Source: Monocercomonoides exilis PA203
Taxonomy: Eukaryota > Protista > Preaxostyla
Length of the DNA stretch: 64,000 nt
Assembly: GCA_001643675.2 (NCBI GenBank)
Contig: LSRY02000012.1
Coordinates: 310,001 to 374,000 of the forward strand
Direction of reading: 5' to 3'
In this document: piece by piece, positions 1 through 11,449 of the stretch
How positions within the stretch are numbered: position 1 is the stretch's first letter
Layout of the letters: the number at the start of each line of letters is the position of its first letter
Made by a program: the position numbers and the translations under genes
Notes under the pieces: model-generated
What the model saw: only the letters and a program-made list of their open reading frames with translations
Database searches by the model: none
Told to the model about the DNA's origin: nothing

Positions 1-1990
1 GTACCAGAGGCGTCTGGGGTGCATGCGTAGCACATGCCTCTGTCGCTGAAACTGCTGTGTGGATATGTTGTGGCGCGGCAGGCGGTGCTGTATAGGGGTG
101 TTGTGTATGCCTACGACGAAGCACTTTCGACAAAGCTCTTAATTCTACTGGTGATGCAGCTTCCATCGCTTGAATCAATTTAAGGAACGAAGTCGGGGAG
201 TTAACAGATCTTTGCTGCGGCGGATGTGAATGCGTTCCTGTCGATCTACGATCTGTTTGACCTATCGCTACTGCCATCTGCGATAGCACGGCTGGTGATT
301 AATTCGCAGCATTCGAGGCGTGTGGTGATGAAGTTGGATGACGAAGTAATGCAGCGAGGGGTTGCGGTGTGTGATGTTGGGGAGATTGTGGAGAAGGCGC
401 CTTTAACAAATGGGAAGAGGGAAATTTATTTATTTTTTCGCCAGCAGCGTTAGAGCATGCAAAGCTGGAGGAGCGAGAAGAGGAAGAGGAAGGAAATGCA
501 CCAGAGATGATGCAGTATATTGAGCCACAACAAAGATGATTGCGTTCTGAATGAGAATGATCAGTTAGTTTATCAGCTCCGATAAACGAGTCGCTTCTCC
601 AAAATGCCCTTAACAAATAAGACAAACAAACTGCAATTTCTCTTTCAAGCTAATGTCAAGCATTGACAGGCTATGCAACATACAAAATAGATGGCAGAAG
701 CCACGAATATCATCGTTGGATGCAATCCAAACAAGGATAATCTCAAAACTTATGGTTCTTTTGAAAAAGGAAAAAAAGGTTTCTCTCCATGACATTCCTG
801 TTCATGATCAATCTGTATTCATTCAAATATCACCTTTAAATAAAAATGAATGAAAATAAAAGTCAAAATATCTTTTTGGTCTAAAAATATTTTCCCATCT
901 CCAGTGCACTCGAAATCATGAAATCTGCAGGCTTTCTTGTTCTCCAAAATTGCCTCTCTCCTTCCTCAAAAGATTGACAACTGTACAACAAATGGCTGAT
1001 GCATAATGTCATCGAACGCAGAGAATCCATTGTGAAGCTGGCCGTGATATCAGATGAAAATACACATTCTCCAAATAAACAAGAAATGTACTCTTTTTCA
1101 AAGACTTATTCAACGATATGTCTTTGCTGATAGCTTTCCAACGGGCTTTGTGCAAAATGCAAATGAGATTGTTGTTAAGGCCTGCTGAGTGCTTCGTTCA
1201 ACTCGCTTCCTCCATTGTTCAATCCCCAAATTCCCTTTCCTTTTCCCAAAACCAACCTTCCCCAAAATAAATCACTGAAAACAAGTCCTGCGCAAAAGAT
1301 ATGCCAAGAACACTGCACTTCCCTGAAATGAACAAGCAGTTCAATTCTATCTTTCTGGCATTCAACTCGCTTTTTCTGCATCTTGCTTGGATAATTTTTC
1401 ACTCAAAATATCGCAGCCGGTGTTGCATAATGTATTTTGCAATTTTTAACCAAGTTCAAATTTCATGCAACTTCCTCCACCAATTCACTTTTCGCAAACA
1501 ATCAATGCATACAGCCACTCGCTCCTCCATCTGCAAGCAAAATCCCTGTTCTTCTATGGCGATATAACTTGCATGCGTGCATCTGTGGGTTTACCATCTA
1601 GCAGCTCAAATATACTCTGAATGCTGCAAATCATCAATAAAAAATCTCCATTTATAAAATTACAGGTTGTTAACCCTTATTAATTTGCTCGATAAGGAGA
1701 TTTTTATTTCAAAGATTTTCTTGTTTTGATGCAAAAATCACAAATGGCAAAACAGGTTTAGAATCCTGTGTTATTTTAATTTTTCAATTTTTTGTTTTTA
1801 ATTCTTTTGATTCGAATATTCGACGAATCAATCGAAAATGTATTTCTCATAATTTTAAATTTATTTTGCTGTGTGCAGTATTCTTCAAAGAAACAAATTT
1901 TTTGGGGTTTGCTGGAGTTTGTAAGAAACGAATGGTTTAAAAATAAATGCTTCTTTTATCTCTTTTGATTTAACCAAATTTTTAGAAAAT

Positions 1991-3300
1991 TTGTTGCAAT
2001 TGGAAAATTGCGATAAAGAAGTGCAAAAGCAGAAGATAGAAGAAATGAATAATATGATCAATGAAATGAATGAAGAAGAATTTGAATTCGTTTTCACAAT
2101 AAGAATGTTCAATAAAATAGACAAAATGATTGAAGAAAAGAAATTATCATTTGAAAATGCCATTAGGTTGTTAAAGCATGTTGGATTTTGTAAAGTTCTT
2201 TTGAACTTGTGGAGTTGTAGCTTTTATAATTCCTTGTTACGCGGAAGATTTGAGAAAATGATAGTTGATGAAGATGAGAAAATAGAAAAGAACGAAAAGC
2301 TTTTGGCTGATCTTTGCGAATGCAATCTTTGTTTCAGCTTCGTATTGTCATTGAAGTTGATATCAATTTGTGTGCCTTGTCTTTTGAAAGTTGCCTCGAA
2401 GAAAGAGGAAAACAAGGAGACTCAGAAAGAAGCGGAAATGGCGTTGTTGGCTTTAAATTTAATACATAAACATGAGGCATTTTTGTTCTTCTTCCTTTTT
2501 AATGTTTTTGCTTTTATTTCTGATTTTTTAAGTAGGGTTTTGATGAAAAACAGTATTATAATGAATTCAATGAAATCATCCGATATCATCAGGAACATCA
2601 CAATTTAACTCAACTTGCTTATCTCTCTGCTTGGAATTTTTTAATAGACAGAATTTACAACAATGGATCATTGGAAATAATTATTGCAAATGATCAGCAT
2701 TTAGCGAGAGAAGCAGCAAGAGAATTGGAAGAGCTGAAAAGAAATGTGGATTGGAACAGAAAAAAGGGAGAGGAAAGAGGAAAGGAAGCGAAAGAAGAAT
2801 TAGCATTGACGAGATGGCTCGAAACATTGAATTCTTATTTTTTCAATTGTCAATTGAGGAATGAAGAATATGTTGGTCTTTTCAGCAGCATTGTTCGGGT
2901 ACATCGAACAGCAAGAGAAAATTACAAAGAAATCAGCGATTTGTGCATTTGTTCATTTAGAAAAGCAGCAAAAAGCAATGGTGTGCAAGTTGAAGACTTA
3001 CTGAAAGGAAAGGCAATTGATGCTGTTTTGGAAGAGATTCATCGATCAACACTGGATGACGAAATAACAATTGAATGCTTGCAATTCTTTATGAATATTT
3101 CAAAAAGACTGAAAGACGAGGAGAAAGATGAAATGGAAAAAGATGAAAGAAAGGCAACGAAAAGGAAGGTTTTTGATAAGATGGAAGAAGAAGGATACGA
3201 AGAAGTTATCACAAGCTTTCGTGAAATTTTTAATTTTCTCAACAAAAAATATTATTGTCAATTATCGTTGAATATTTCTGGTTATTTGGAGCATCCGTAA
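1991..3300 (+). CDS. Lineage-specific helical multigene-family protein (2 visible exons, 5' end unresolved; may be a pseudogene)
   Basis: ORF 1991-2608 joins the 2671-3300 frame across an intron at ~2477-2535 (GC-like donor); exon 2 reads GFDEKQYYNEFNEIIRYHQEHHNLTQLAYLSAW. Clearly paralogous to 4571-5887 (shared motifs LADLCEC/FVDLCEC, EMALLAL, AREAARELEEL, KMEEEGYEE). Confidence 0.7.
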
Positions 3301-4394
3301 GGCAAATGTTCCCCACAATTCGGATGTTGAAAGCAACACAGAAAAGCTGATGAAGAATGGAATGAAAAAAGAGATTCAGAAGATTCAGATAAAGACACAT
3401 GAGCAAATGAAAAGGCAAATGAAAAAAGAAGAGAAGGGAAAAGAGAAGGGAAAAGATTTCGCATCGAATCAACATTTTCAGTTGAACACGAAGAATTTGA
3501 ATAAATAAATAAATAAATAAATAAATTAAAAAAAAAATTAAAAAAAAAAAAAAAAATACCTCTTTTATTTCTTTCAATCGTCTCATTTTCTTCTTCCATT
3601 TCGACTTCACTCACACACTCCCTCATTCACTCGTACATTCACACAGCATCTGTCTTCATTTCAACATTTGTGATCTTCCTTTTCTTCTTCTTCTTCTTCT
3701 TCTTCTTCTTCAACTTTCTGTTTCGACAAAGAAGACAACACACAACTCAGATGAATTGGGATTGAGTCACTTTCAGATGATGGATAGAATGGAAGTGAAG
3801 GGCAATGAAACAAAAATTGAATGAATTTCAATTGAAGATTTCTGAGCAAAAGAGAAAGGAAAACAGAGATAGAATTTAATTGAGGTTGACTTGTTTCAGC
3901 CAAGCAGTTTTTGAATAAGATTTTCATTCTTCTTCTTCGTCGTCAGATTTATTGCTGTTTTATTTTGAACAAAAGAAGTTGATAACAGGTTTCTTCAACA
4001 AACATTTCTTTCTTTTTTATTTCTTTTTTTTTTTTCTCGAGAAATAGCATTTCATTCTTCTCCTTCGTCTTCTCTTGTTCATTGAAAATATAATCAGAAA
4101 GAGAACAAGTTAAAGAGTTCAGAGGCTTCAAGAGGCAAAAACTAAACAATTGAACACATTTAAATAAAAATGAATCTTGTTGATGAAGATGGAGGGCATT
4201 AATCTATTCAACGAAGATTCTTGATGGAACAAATTGATAAGAAAAGAAATTCTATTTTTTCTTTTTCTTTCCTTTTTTTTTGAAAAAGGAAAGAAAAATA
4301 TTTTTCATAACATTTCAATTTTTGTTTTCCTCCCATTTTGTGAAATGAATTTAAAAAAGATTGTCAAATTCTGGAATTACAAATAATAAAAAAG

Positions 4395-4537
4395 GAAAAC
4401 AGAAAAACAGAAAAACAGAAAAACAGAAAAACAGAAAAGCAGAAAAACAGAAAAACAGAAAAACAGAAAAACAGAAAAACAGAAAAACAGAAAAACAGAA
4501 AAACAGAAAAACAGAAAAACAGAAAAACAGAAAAACA
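4395..4537. repeat. (GAAAAACA)n 8-bp tandem repeat, about 17 copies
   Basis: Directly visible; one variant unit (gaaaagca). Lies just 3' of the minus-strand gene ending at 4571. Confidence 0.95.
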
Positions 4538-4570
4538 TGATTTTTGAGATACTAAATGAGTTTCGTTGTC

Positions 4571-5887
4571 TCAAATATTTATAAAATAATAAGAAATATT
4601 CGATGATATTTGTGTGAAACGTTCTTCATTTAGAAAATCGAATATTTCATGAAAGCTTGTGATGGCTTCTTCGTATCCTTCTTCTTCCATCTTTTCAAAC
4701 AACTTCATTTTCATTGCCTTTCTTTTCCTTTCGTCCGTTTCGCCATCAGTCTTTTCTTTCAATCTTCTTGAAACTTTCATAAAAAATATTAAGCTGTCAT
4801 GTGCAATTTTGTCATCCAGTGTTGATCGATGAATCTCCTCCAAAACAGCATCAAACGCCTCACCTTTCAGTAAGTTTTCAACTTTCACATTTCTATTTTC
4901 AGCTGCTGTCCTTAGAGAATAAATGCACAGATAGCTAATTTCACTGTGATTGTCTCTTGATGCTCGATATACCTGGACAATGCTGCTAATAAGCCCAACA
5001 AATTCTTCATTCCACAATGTGCGTTGCCTTAAGAACTCATAAATTACGTCAAGCCATCTAATTATTATTTTTGCTCTTTTCTTTTCTCTTTTGCAAATTT
5101 CATCTCCTTTTCTCGTCCAATCCACACATCTAACTAACTCTTCCAGTTCTCTTGCCGCTTCTCTCGCAAAATGCAGCTCATTCACAATCATTTCTTCCAA
5201 GCTTTCATCGTTGTAAACTCTTTTTATCAAAAACTTCCAAGCCGACTGATAGGCAAGATGAGTGAGGTTTCGATGCTCTTGATGATGCTGCATGATTTCT
5301 AACATTTCCTTCAAATACTGATTTTTTCCTATTTTCTAATTAAAAATATAATGGGGAAAATCTATGAAAAGAAAATTAAATAGAAATATTCACACATAAT
5401 ACTCAGTATTGCTAAGAGCCAATAATGCCATTTCCACTTCTTTCTGAACTTCCACGTTTTCCTCTTTGTTTGATGAAGCTTTCAGAAGGCAAGACACACA
5501 AATCGAAAGAACTTCACCTGAGAAGTAGTAGCTCAGTGAAAAATAGCACTCACAAAGATCAACAAAAAGATTCTCATCTTTCTCTTCTTTCTTCTTCTCA
5601 TTTTCATCAATCAACATTTCTTCAATTCTTTTGATCAACAAAGATTCTAAAAACCCATCCGACCATCCACTTTTCAACTCTATACAATATCCAACATGCT
5701 TCAATAAAAGGCACACATTCCTCATTGACAGTTTCTCTTCCTCAATCATTTTGTTCATTCTATTGAACAGCCCTGTCGTAAACGCAGAATTGAATTCTTC
5801 TCTGCCCATCTCCTCTACAAGCCCACTCATTTTAAGGACTTTCTGTTTTTGATCTTCCTCGTTGCAATCTTCCAGTTCACAAAACAA
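4571..5887 (-). CDS. Paralog of the 1991-3300 family gene (2 visible exons, 5' end unresolved)
   Basis: ORFs 5390-5887 and 4571-5314 separated by a short AT-rich intron at the equivalent position; colinear similarity to 1991-3300; convergent orientation. Confidence 0.7.
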
Positions 5888-6638
5888 TTCTGAAAAGATT
5901 TGAAAATTTTATCAAAATACCAAATATCACAACATTCAAATCAAAAGTGAAGATGAACAAACTCAAAATCTTATGCGCAATCGGCGATTCTTGGATTCCA
6001 TCTTCTGTTTCATCATCAGAGCCCGCTTTCATTCTAATTGCCAAAACGTCATGTTCAGTTTGCATGGCAAAGTTCTTCAAAAAGAAGGAAAATAAATAAG
6101 CGCAAACGATGCGTTTTCTTCGGAAAACGAAGCGGGAGAAGAGCTAACCTCATGTGTTTTTAGGGAAGAACAGGAAAAAAACTTGCCCATTGATCAATTT
6201 ACCTTAATATTAAATGCAATCATCTTTTTCATTTTTTCAAAAAGATTTCATGTATCAAAAAGTTCAAAAAGTCATTCTGAAGTTAATTTTTTGTTGTCCC
6301 TCATGAAAAGATAATTTATATCTTGTTTTTGTTTGTGAAAGGAAAAAACAAATAGTTTTTTATTGAGAGCCGGTTGGAAAAAACGCTTCTCAAAAATGGA
6401 AACAGTAATGGAAATTGAAAGGACACTGAAAACAAATATATATATATATATTTCCTTGCAAATGGGTGATTGTTTTTGAAAATATCTTTTTTCTTACTAA
6501 AATTTCGGTTCGAAAATTTGACTTGAATATCAACAAAAGAACATTGGAAATGGAAAAAACATATTAAAGAAATCATCATCTTTATTTGAGAAAAAACACA
6601 AATTGTTAACACAGTCGTCATGAATTGTGCATTTAAAT

Positions 6639-6895
6639 GGGTGATTATTTTTGAAATCAAATTTTTTCAATCAAAATTTTTATTTTTTAAAAATGATCTT
6701 GAATATTATCAATAGAACATTGAAAAGTGAAAAGGCTTTTTGAATTCATTTAAATCTTTGATTCCGAAAGACCATTTGAATTTAAAAACAGTTATCATGC
6801 TTTTTCACTTTTGAATAAAAATTTTCTTTTAAAAAACTGACAATCTTTGAAAACCGACACCCCGAAAAAAGTTATGATTTCAAAAATAATCACCC
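6639..6895. mobile_element. MITE, 257 bp, GGGTGAT-ended TIR, 4-bp TSD AAAT (Sola-type signature)
   Basis: aaat|GGGTGATTATTTTTGAAATCA...TGATTTCAAAAATAATCACCC|aaat. Possibly nested in an older copy that starts at 6464. Confidence 0.85.
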
Positions 6896-7553
6896 AAATG
6901 AATCATAAATAATTCTGTAAAATGACTTTGAAATAATTAAAAAGATTTGCAACAAAAGTCTAAAATCGTTTCGAAATTTTCAAAATATGATTGTCGATGA
7001 AGATAAAAAGAAAGGAAGAAACCTTGAAAGTGCAGAACAAAATAAAAAAAGCTACTTTTTATAAGACTAAGATGTTGATAGCAAAATGAAACTATTAAAA
7101 TTTTTCTTCTTATATTTTCGTCTGCGATTCAATATTTTTTCTACAAATCGAAATGAATACCGTGAATTGGTAATAAGGTTGATACAGAAAGGCTCGGATC
7201 TTATCACATTAAACACAATCACAAAAAGTGGCACAAAATTCGATGTGATTGAAACTAATTTTGATTGTTTCACTTCTTTATCCTTCATCTTTGATATCAC
7301 AGTTATAGATATTGTTCATTAGCTATCGATCCATCTCGATGAAGTCAATCAATAACTCCTTCTTTATTGAACTTCACTGAAAATCTAGTTATGATAAATC
7401 CAGAAGAGTATCAGCAATAACTCTCGATCTCTATGTTATTATCATCACCTATTCCAACTTATTATCCAAGATGATAACAATCACCAGATATACATAAATC
7501 GATAATATTAATTGACTTAATCGAGATGGATCTATAGCTGAAATACCATATCT

Positions 7554-7809
7554 GGGTGATAATTTTTGAAATCATAACTTTTTTCGTGGTGTACACAATT
7601 ATAAGAGTTTTATGAATTCGAAAATAATACTTTTGTTGAAATGTTAAATTCATTTTATTGAATCAAAAAGAACACTTTGATGTGAAAGAAAGTCAGAAAT
7701 AATTTTCGTTGAAGCCATTTCTTATTTGTGTTCATCGTCATTAATTCAAAACAAAAAATTGAAACCGAAATTTTTCTTCAAGAAAATATGATTTCAAAAA
7801 TAATCACCC
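7554..7809. mobile_element. MITE, 256 bp, same family, opposite orientation, 4-bp TSD ATCT
   Basis: atct|GGGTGATAATTTTTGAAATCAT...ATGATTTCAAAAATAATCACCC|atct; its left 40 bp are nearly the reverse complement of 6857-6895. Confidence 0.85.
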
Positions 7810-8421
7810 ATCTCTTATATGAAAATTATTGCAAATTTTCATTTCTTTTTTCTTAAGCAATTATCATTAAAAAAATTTTTTTCCATTTTTTTGAAATGAT
7901 TCGAGAAATTATTTAATAAAAACTTCGGAACCAACAAGTTACACTTTACCGAGGATACTTTTATTTATACTTTAAATAATGCATTGCTTTAATAAATAAA
8001 TCAAAAAATCGGTAAGAGTGGACTCGACCGACACCATATAATTAATAAACATAATCATTTCCCCAACATATTAAATGATAACTATTTTATATGGGTTAAA
8101 ATATTTGACTTCATGCATTTTCATTGAAAAATTATGTACTTTTCATTGATTTTTTGAGATTAAAAAACACAACAGAAATTGGTTTATTTTTTGAAATGCA
8201 TGTGAGGTCACAAAACATTTTGTTATTTCATCAATAATGTTTGTTTACAGTTATGAAAATCTAATTTATTTTCAAATCTGAGAAAGCGAAATAAAGTTAT
8301 AAGTGAAACAATATTTTAATGCTTTGTGCAAAAAAAGCTTGAAAGCACGTATTTTCCCCCATATATTCTAATTTTATTAAGAAAAATAACAATATTCAAA
8401 TTTTAAAAATCATCTTCTTTC

Positions 8422-10818
8422 GGCATAGGTCTAAATTGTACCAGTAGTGAATATGATATTATTTGATGAATATTTGAAATATTATTGATTGTCATAATTA
8501 ATTAACACTGTACTATCAAAAAAATTTCATAAATTTTTAATTCAAAAAGCAAACAAAAATTTTTGATCAAACCCATAAAAATACTTTCATTTTTTCATTT
8601 TTTTATTTTATGAATGTATTTGAGCTATGTTTTGATTATTAACTGCATTTATTGTTTTGTTGTTTTTTTCATTTCATCTTCTTTTTAAAGAAAAGAACAA
8701 ATCAGAATATTGTTTTATATTTTCTTTGAATATTCAAATTGCAAGGTTTGAAAAGAATGCATTGAATAACATGTGAAATATCAAGACAATTTGAAAAAGT
8801 CTTCATTTATATTTAGAAATATTTTCTTACAAGAATTCAATATCACTCCGTCTTTCGAAAATGATATCCAATGCGAACTTGGCTTGTTGAAGAAGTCAAC
8901 TCAGCTTTTATTCCCACTCCATTCCCATTCGCACACTCACATCCTTCAATTGTTGTATTCCACACCATAAATGTCTCTCCTCTCTTTATCCTCTTTGCCA
9001 TCACCACTTCATCTCCTGTTGTCCGATTCACATTTCGTATTGTCAAATTTCCAGAAGACTTTCTCCTGATATTGATTCTGTTGATGATAGTTCAGTGAAC
9101 AGAGGTCGATTCGCTTTCATATTTTTTATCTCGACATCAACCATCTTTAGCCATGAGAAGAATGTCATAAACACAGATGAACATGTCACACATTCTCCAC
9201 AAACACTCTACGAGATCAAAACATCCTCCGGAGAAAGAGCCTCGCTCTCCACAGGCACCACAAATACGCTCGGTGAAGAATCTCTTGTCGCGTAGTGATC
9301 AATTCCCACATGCCCTACCGCTTGCTGCCCGCTTGCCACACTGAACAGCGTTTTTGAAGATGAAGAAAGTGAATTCGTCCCAATCACACTTACTTCCTTC
9401 CCTTTCCCCAAAACAGAAATCTTCATAAATCCAAAATTAATTGTTGCTGTCTCTTCATTGCAATGATTCCCTTCCAACAGAGAAACCACTTAACTTGTCT
9501 GTGTTCTACTCCAATTGACTGCAATGTCAATGGCATGGAATGCAGTAATCTCATCCGTTTCGCACAACTGGTCTGTGCTGCTATCCGCTCACTGCGACAA
9601 ATCGGTTGAGAATCCCTCTCTTCAGCTAATCCTTCTTTTCCGTGTGCTGAACAGACCAGTTGCTTCCCGTATAATTGTATGCACAGCACGCCCTCTGTTC
9701 ATCTGTGTTTGTGGTGGAGCATTATTTGAACGGATTTCCTGTGCTCAAAAAAACATTGTAATAATCTGCAAATTCTAAATCATGCCCATATGGAATATTA
9801 GCAGAGCATTTGCATTCATGAAAGAAAAGGAAATAACAATAGCACCTATCAACTAGCCCTGTTGCTTGATTTGGATCCAGTCTCATTCCCCCACCTTGTG
9901 ACGAAGCTGTACAGGAGATAAACTGAATGCTCCTCATTTTGAATTGATAAGGAACAGTAGCCCAATACAGGCCTCCTTCATTTGATCCAGAAAGTGAGCA
10001 TGAAGTGAAAATGCAGTCGAATACACATGCACTCTCTCCTCCTTCATTTTCTGCTTCAATGCATCCTATTCCTGAAACGTTAAAATTATTAAGATTAAGA
10101 ACACCTCCATAGCTATTTGCTTTTCAATTCTGGAATTCACATCCTCTGATCTGAGCACACGTAGAAATTCAATTCACATATAACCCTCCTCCATATTGAT
10201 TTTGTGCTGTACAGGCGTTGAACACATTATTTTCGATATCCACAAAATCAATTGATAGGCACATAATTCCACCTCCACAACTGAATGAAAAACAGTTATT
10301 AAACAGACAATGTGAAACAGATAGTTCTCCATTTCCCTTGCTGTACATGAAAATAGCCCCTCCACTCGATTTTCCATCAGTGCACGAGTCGCTTTCTCCT
10401 GTTGTCTTCGATCCACCCCATTCTCACCTAATTAATTATTTTTCTTCATTTATAATTTAGTTCTCTGTTAAAAACTTCTAATTATCAAGCATGCATCATT
10501 GTTCTAATATAATTTGATCACAACCAACGAAAAGCAAATTTATGAAATAAAATCATTGAAACACGAAGAAATTTATTTTATGTGAACATTAATTCGGTTA
10601 TTAACAATTTAACTGTCACAATACGTTTGTAAAAATAAAAAATGAAAAAATAAAAGTGTTTTTATGGGTTTGATCATATATTTTTGTTTTATTTTTTAAT
10701 AAAAGATTTTTGAAATTTTTTTGATAGTACAGTGTTAATTAATTATGACAATCAATAATATTTCAAATATTCATCAAATTATATCATATTCACTACTGGT
10801 ACAATTTAGACCTATGCC
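8422..10818. mobile_element. Pack-type TIR element (2.4 kb), ~200-bp GGCATAGG-ended TIRs, 8-bp TSD CTTCTTTC
   Basis: GGCATAGGTCTAAATTGTACCAGTAGTG... at 8422 with its reverse complement ending at 10818; outer ~100 bp nearly identical; cttctttc at 8414-8421 and 10819-10826. Confidence 0.95.
8843..10416 (-). pseudogene. Captured, frameshifted fragment of a Cys/Gly-rich beta-helix-like (pectin-lyase-fold-like) protein gene
   Basis: Series of short same-strand ORFs with motifs such as FISCTASSQGGGMRL and CIFTSCSLSGSNEGG, resembling the cargo at 23876-27463; many stops and frameshifts. Confidence 0.65.
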
Positions 10819-11112
10819 CTTCTTTCTTATCATTAATTATCAAAAATAATTGGATTTTCTCGGAAAACCCAACTTTTTCACCTTTTCTTAACCCCAACAT
10901 ATAAAATGCGAAAACAATTAGTCGTGTAACACAAAAAAATCTTCAATTCAGAGCTTGTTAAAGAAGAGAAATAACAGAAATATAAATACAATGGGTGCGA
11001 TCAAAATAGGTGTCGATTGATTCCACTTTTATCAAAAAATCAAGGTATATTCACAGAGAACGTGACAAAAAAATTTCTATGAAAAAATAAAAAAAAACAC
11101 AGAAAAAAAAGA

Positions 11113-11199
11113 GCTTTGGAAGGAGTCGAACCCCCGACCTTTGACCAACGGAATATCAATAGTCGAGGTAGCTACCGCTTGCGCTGCTCGAGCCAAAGC
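11113..11199 (-). ncRNA. tRNA-like / Pol III-type element (not a canonical tRNA)
   Basis: Minus strand has an A-box-like AGCGCAAGCGGTAGC, a B-box/T-loop GGTTCGACTCC, a closing stem GCTTTGG/CCAAAGC and a downstream T-run (A8 on + at 11103-11110). No clean anticodon arm. Confidence 0.55.
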
Positions 11200-11396
11200 C
11201 CAGCTTTGCTTTCTTATGACTCTACTTAAACCTGGCTAAACCCTAACCCTAAAAATCCAAAAAAGATCAAATTTTTTTGTGTGCTAACCCTAAATAGAAG
11301 AGCGGGAACATAACCCTAAACCCAAGATCTGTTACGCTAACTAAACCTCTGCGTCACCCTAAAAAGCAAAATCATTCGTCAGTCACTTCGTCACTC

Positions 11397-11398
<2 letters not shown>

Positions 11399-11449
<51 letters not shown>
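11399..11449 (-). repeat. Poly(T)51 on + / poly(A) on -
   Basis: Uninterrupted homopolymer, much longer than any other in the window. Confidence 0.95.

Larger units (their letters stand above)
8011..11033. mobile_element. Non-autonomous TIR element (about 620 bp once the nested insert is removed), GGTAA-ended, 8-bp TSD AAAAAATC (Merlin-like signature)
   Basis: Left TIR GGTAAGAGTGGACTCGACCGACACC (8011-8035) matches the reverse complement of 11009-11033 at 20/25; aaaaaatc at 8003-8010 and 11034-11041. Confidence 0.75.

Noticed and set aside
1175-1620. Possible degenerate RecQ/DEAD-box helicase fragment on the minus strand
   Set aside because: Only loose resemblance (KIHYATP, RIELLV) with no intact Walker or DExH motif.
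4395-4537. Possible CRISPR-like array
   Set aside because: Pure 8-bp tandem repeat with no spacers, in eukaryotic DNA.
11113-11199. Functional tRNA gene
   Set aside because: Spacing between the acceptor and D arms and the anticodon arm are non-canonical; kept only as tRNA-like.
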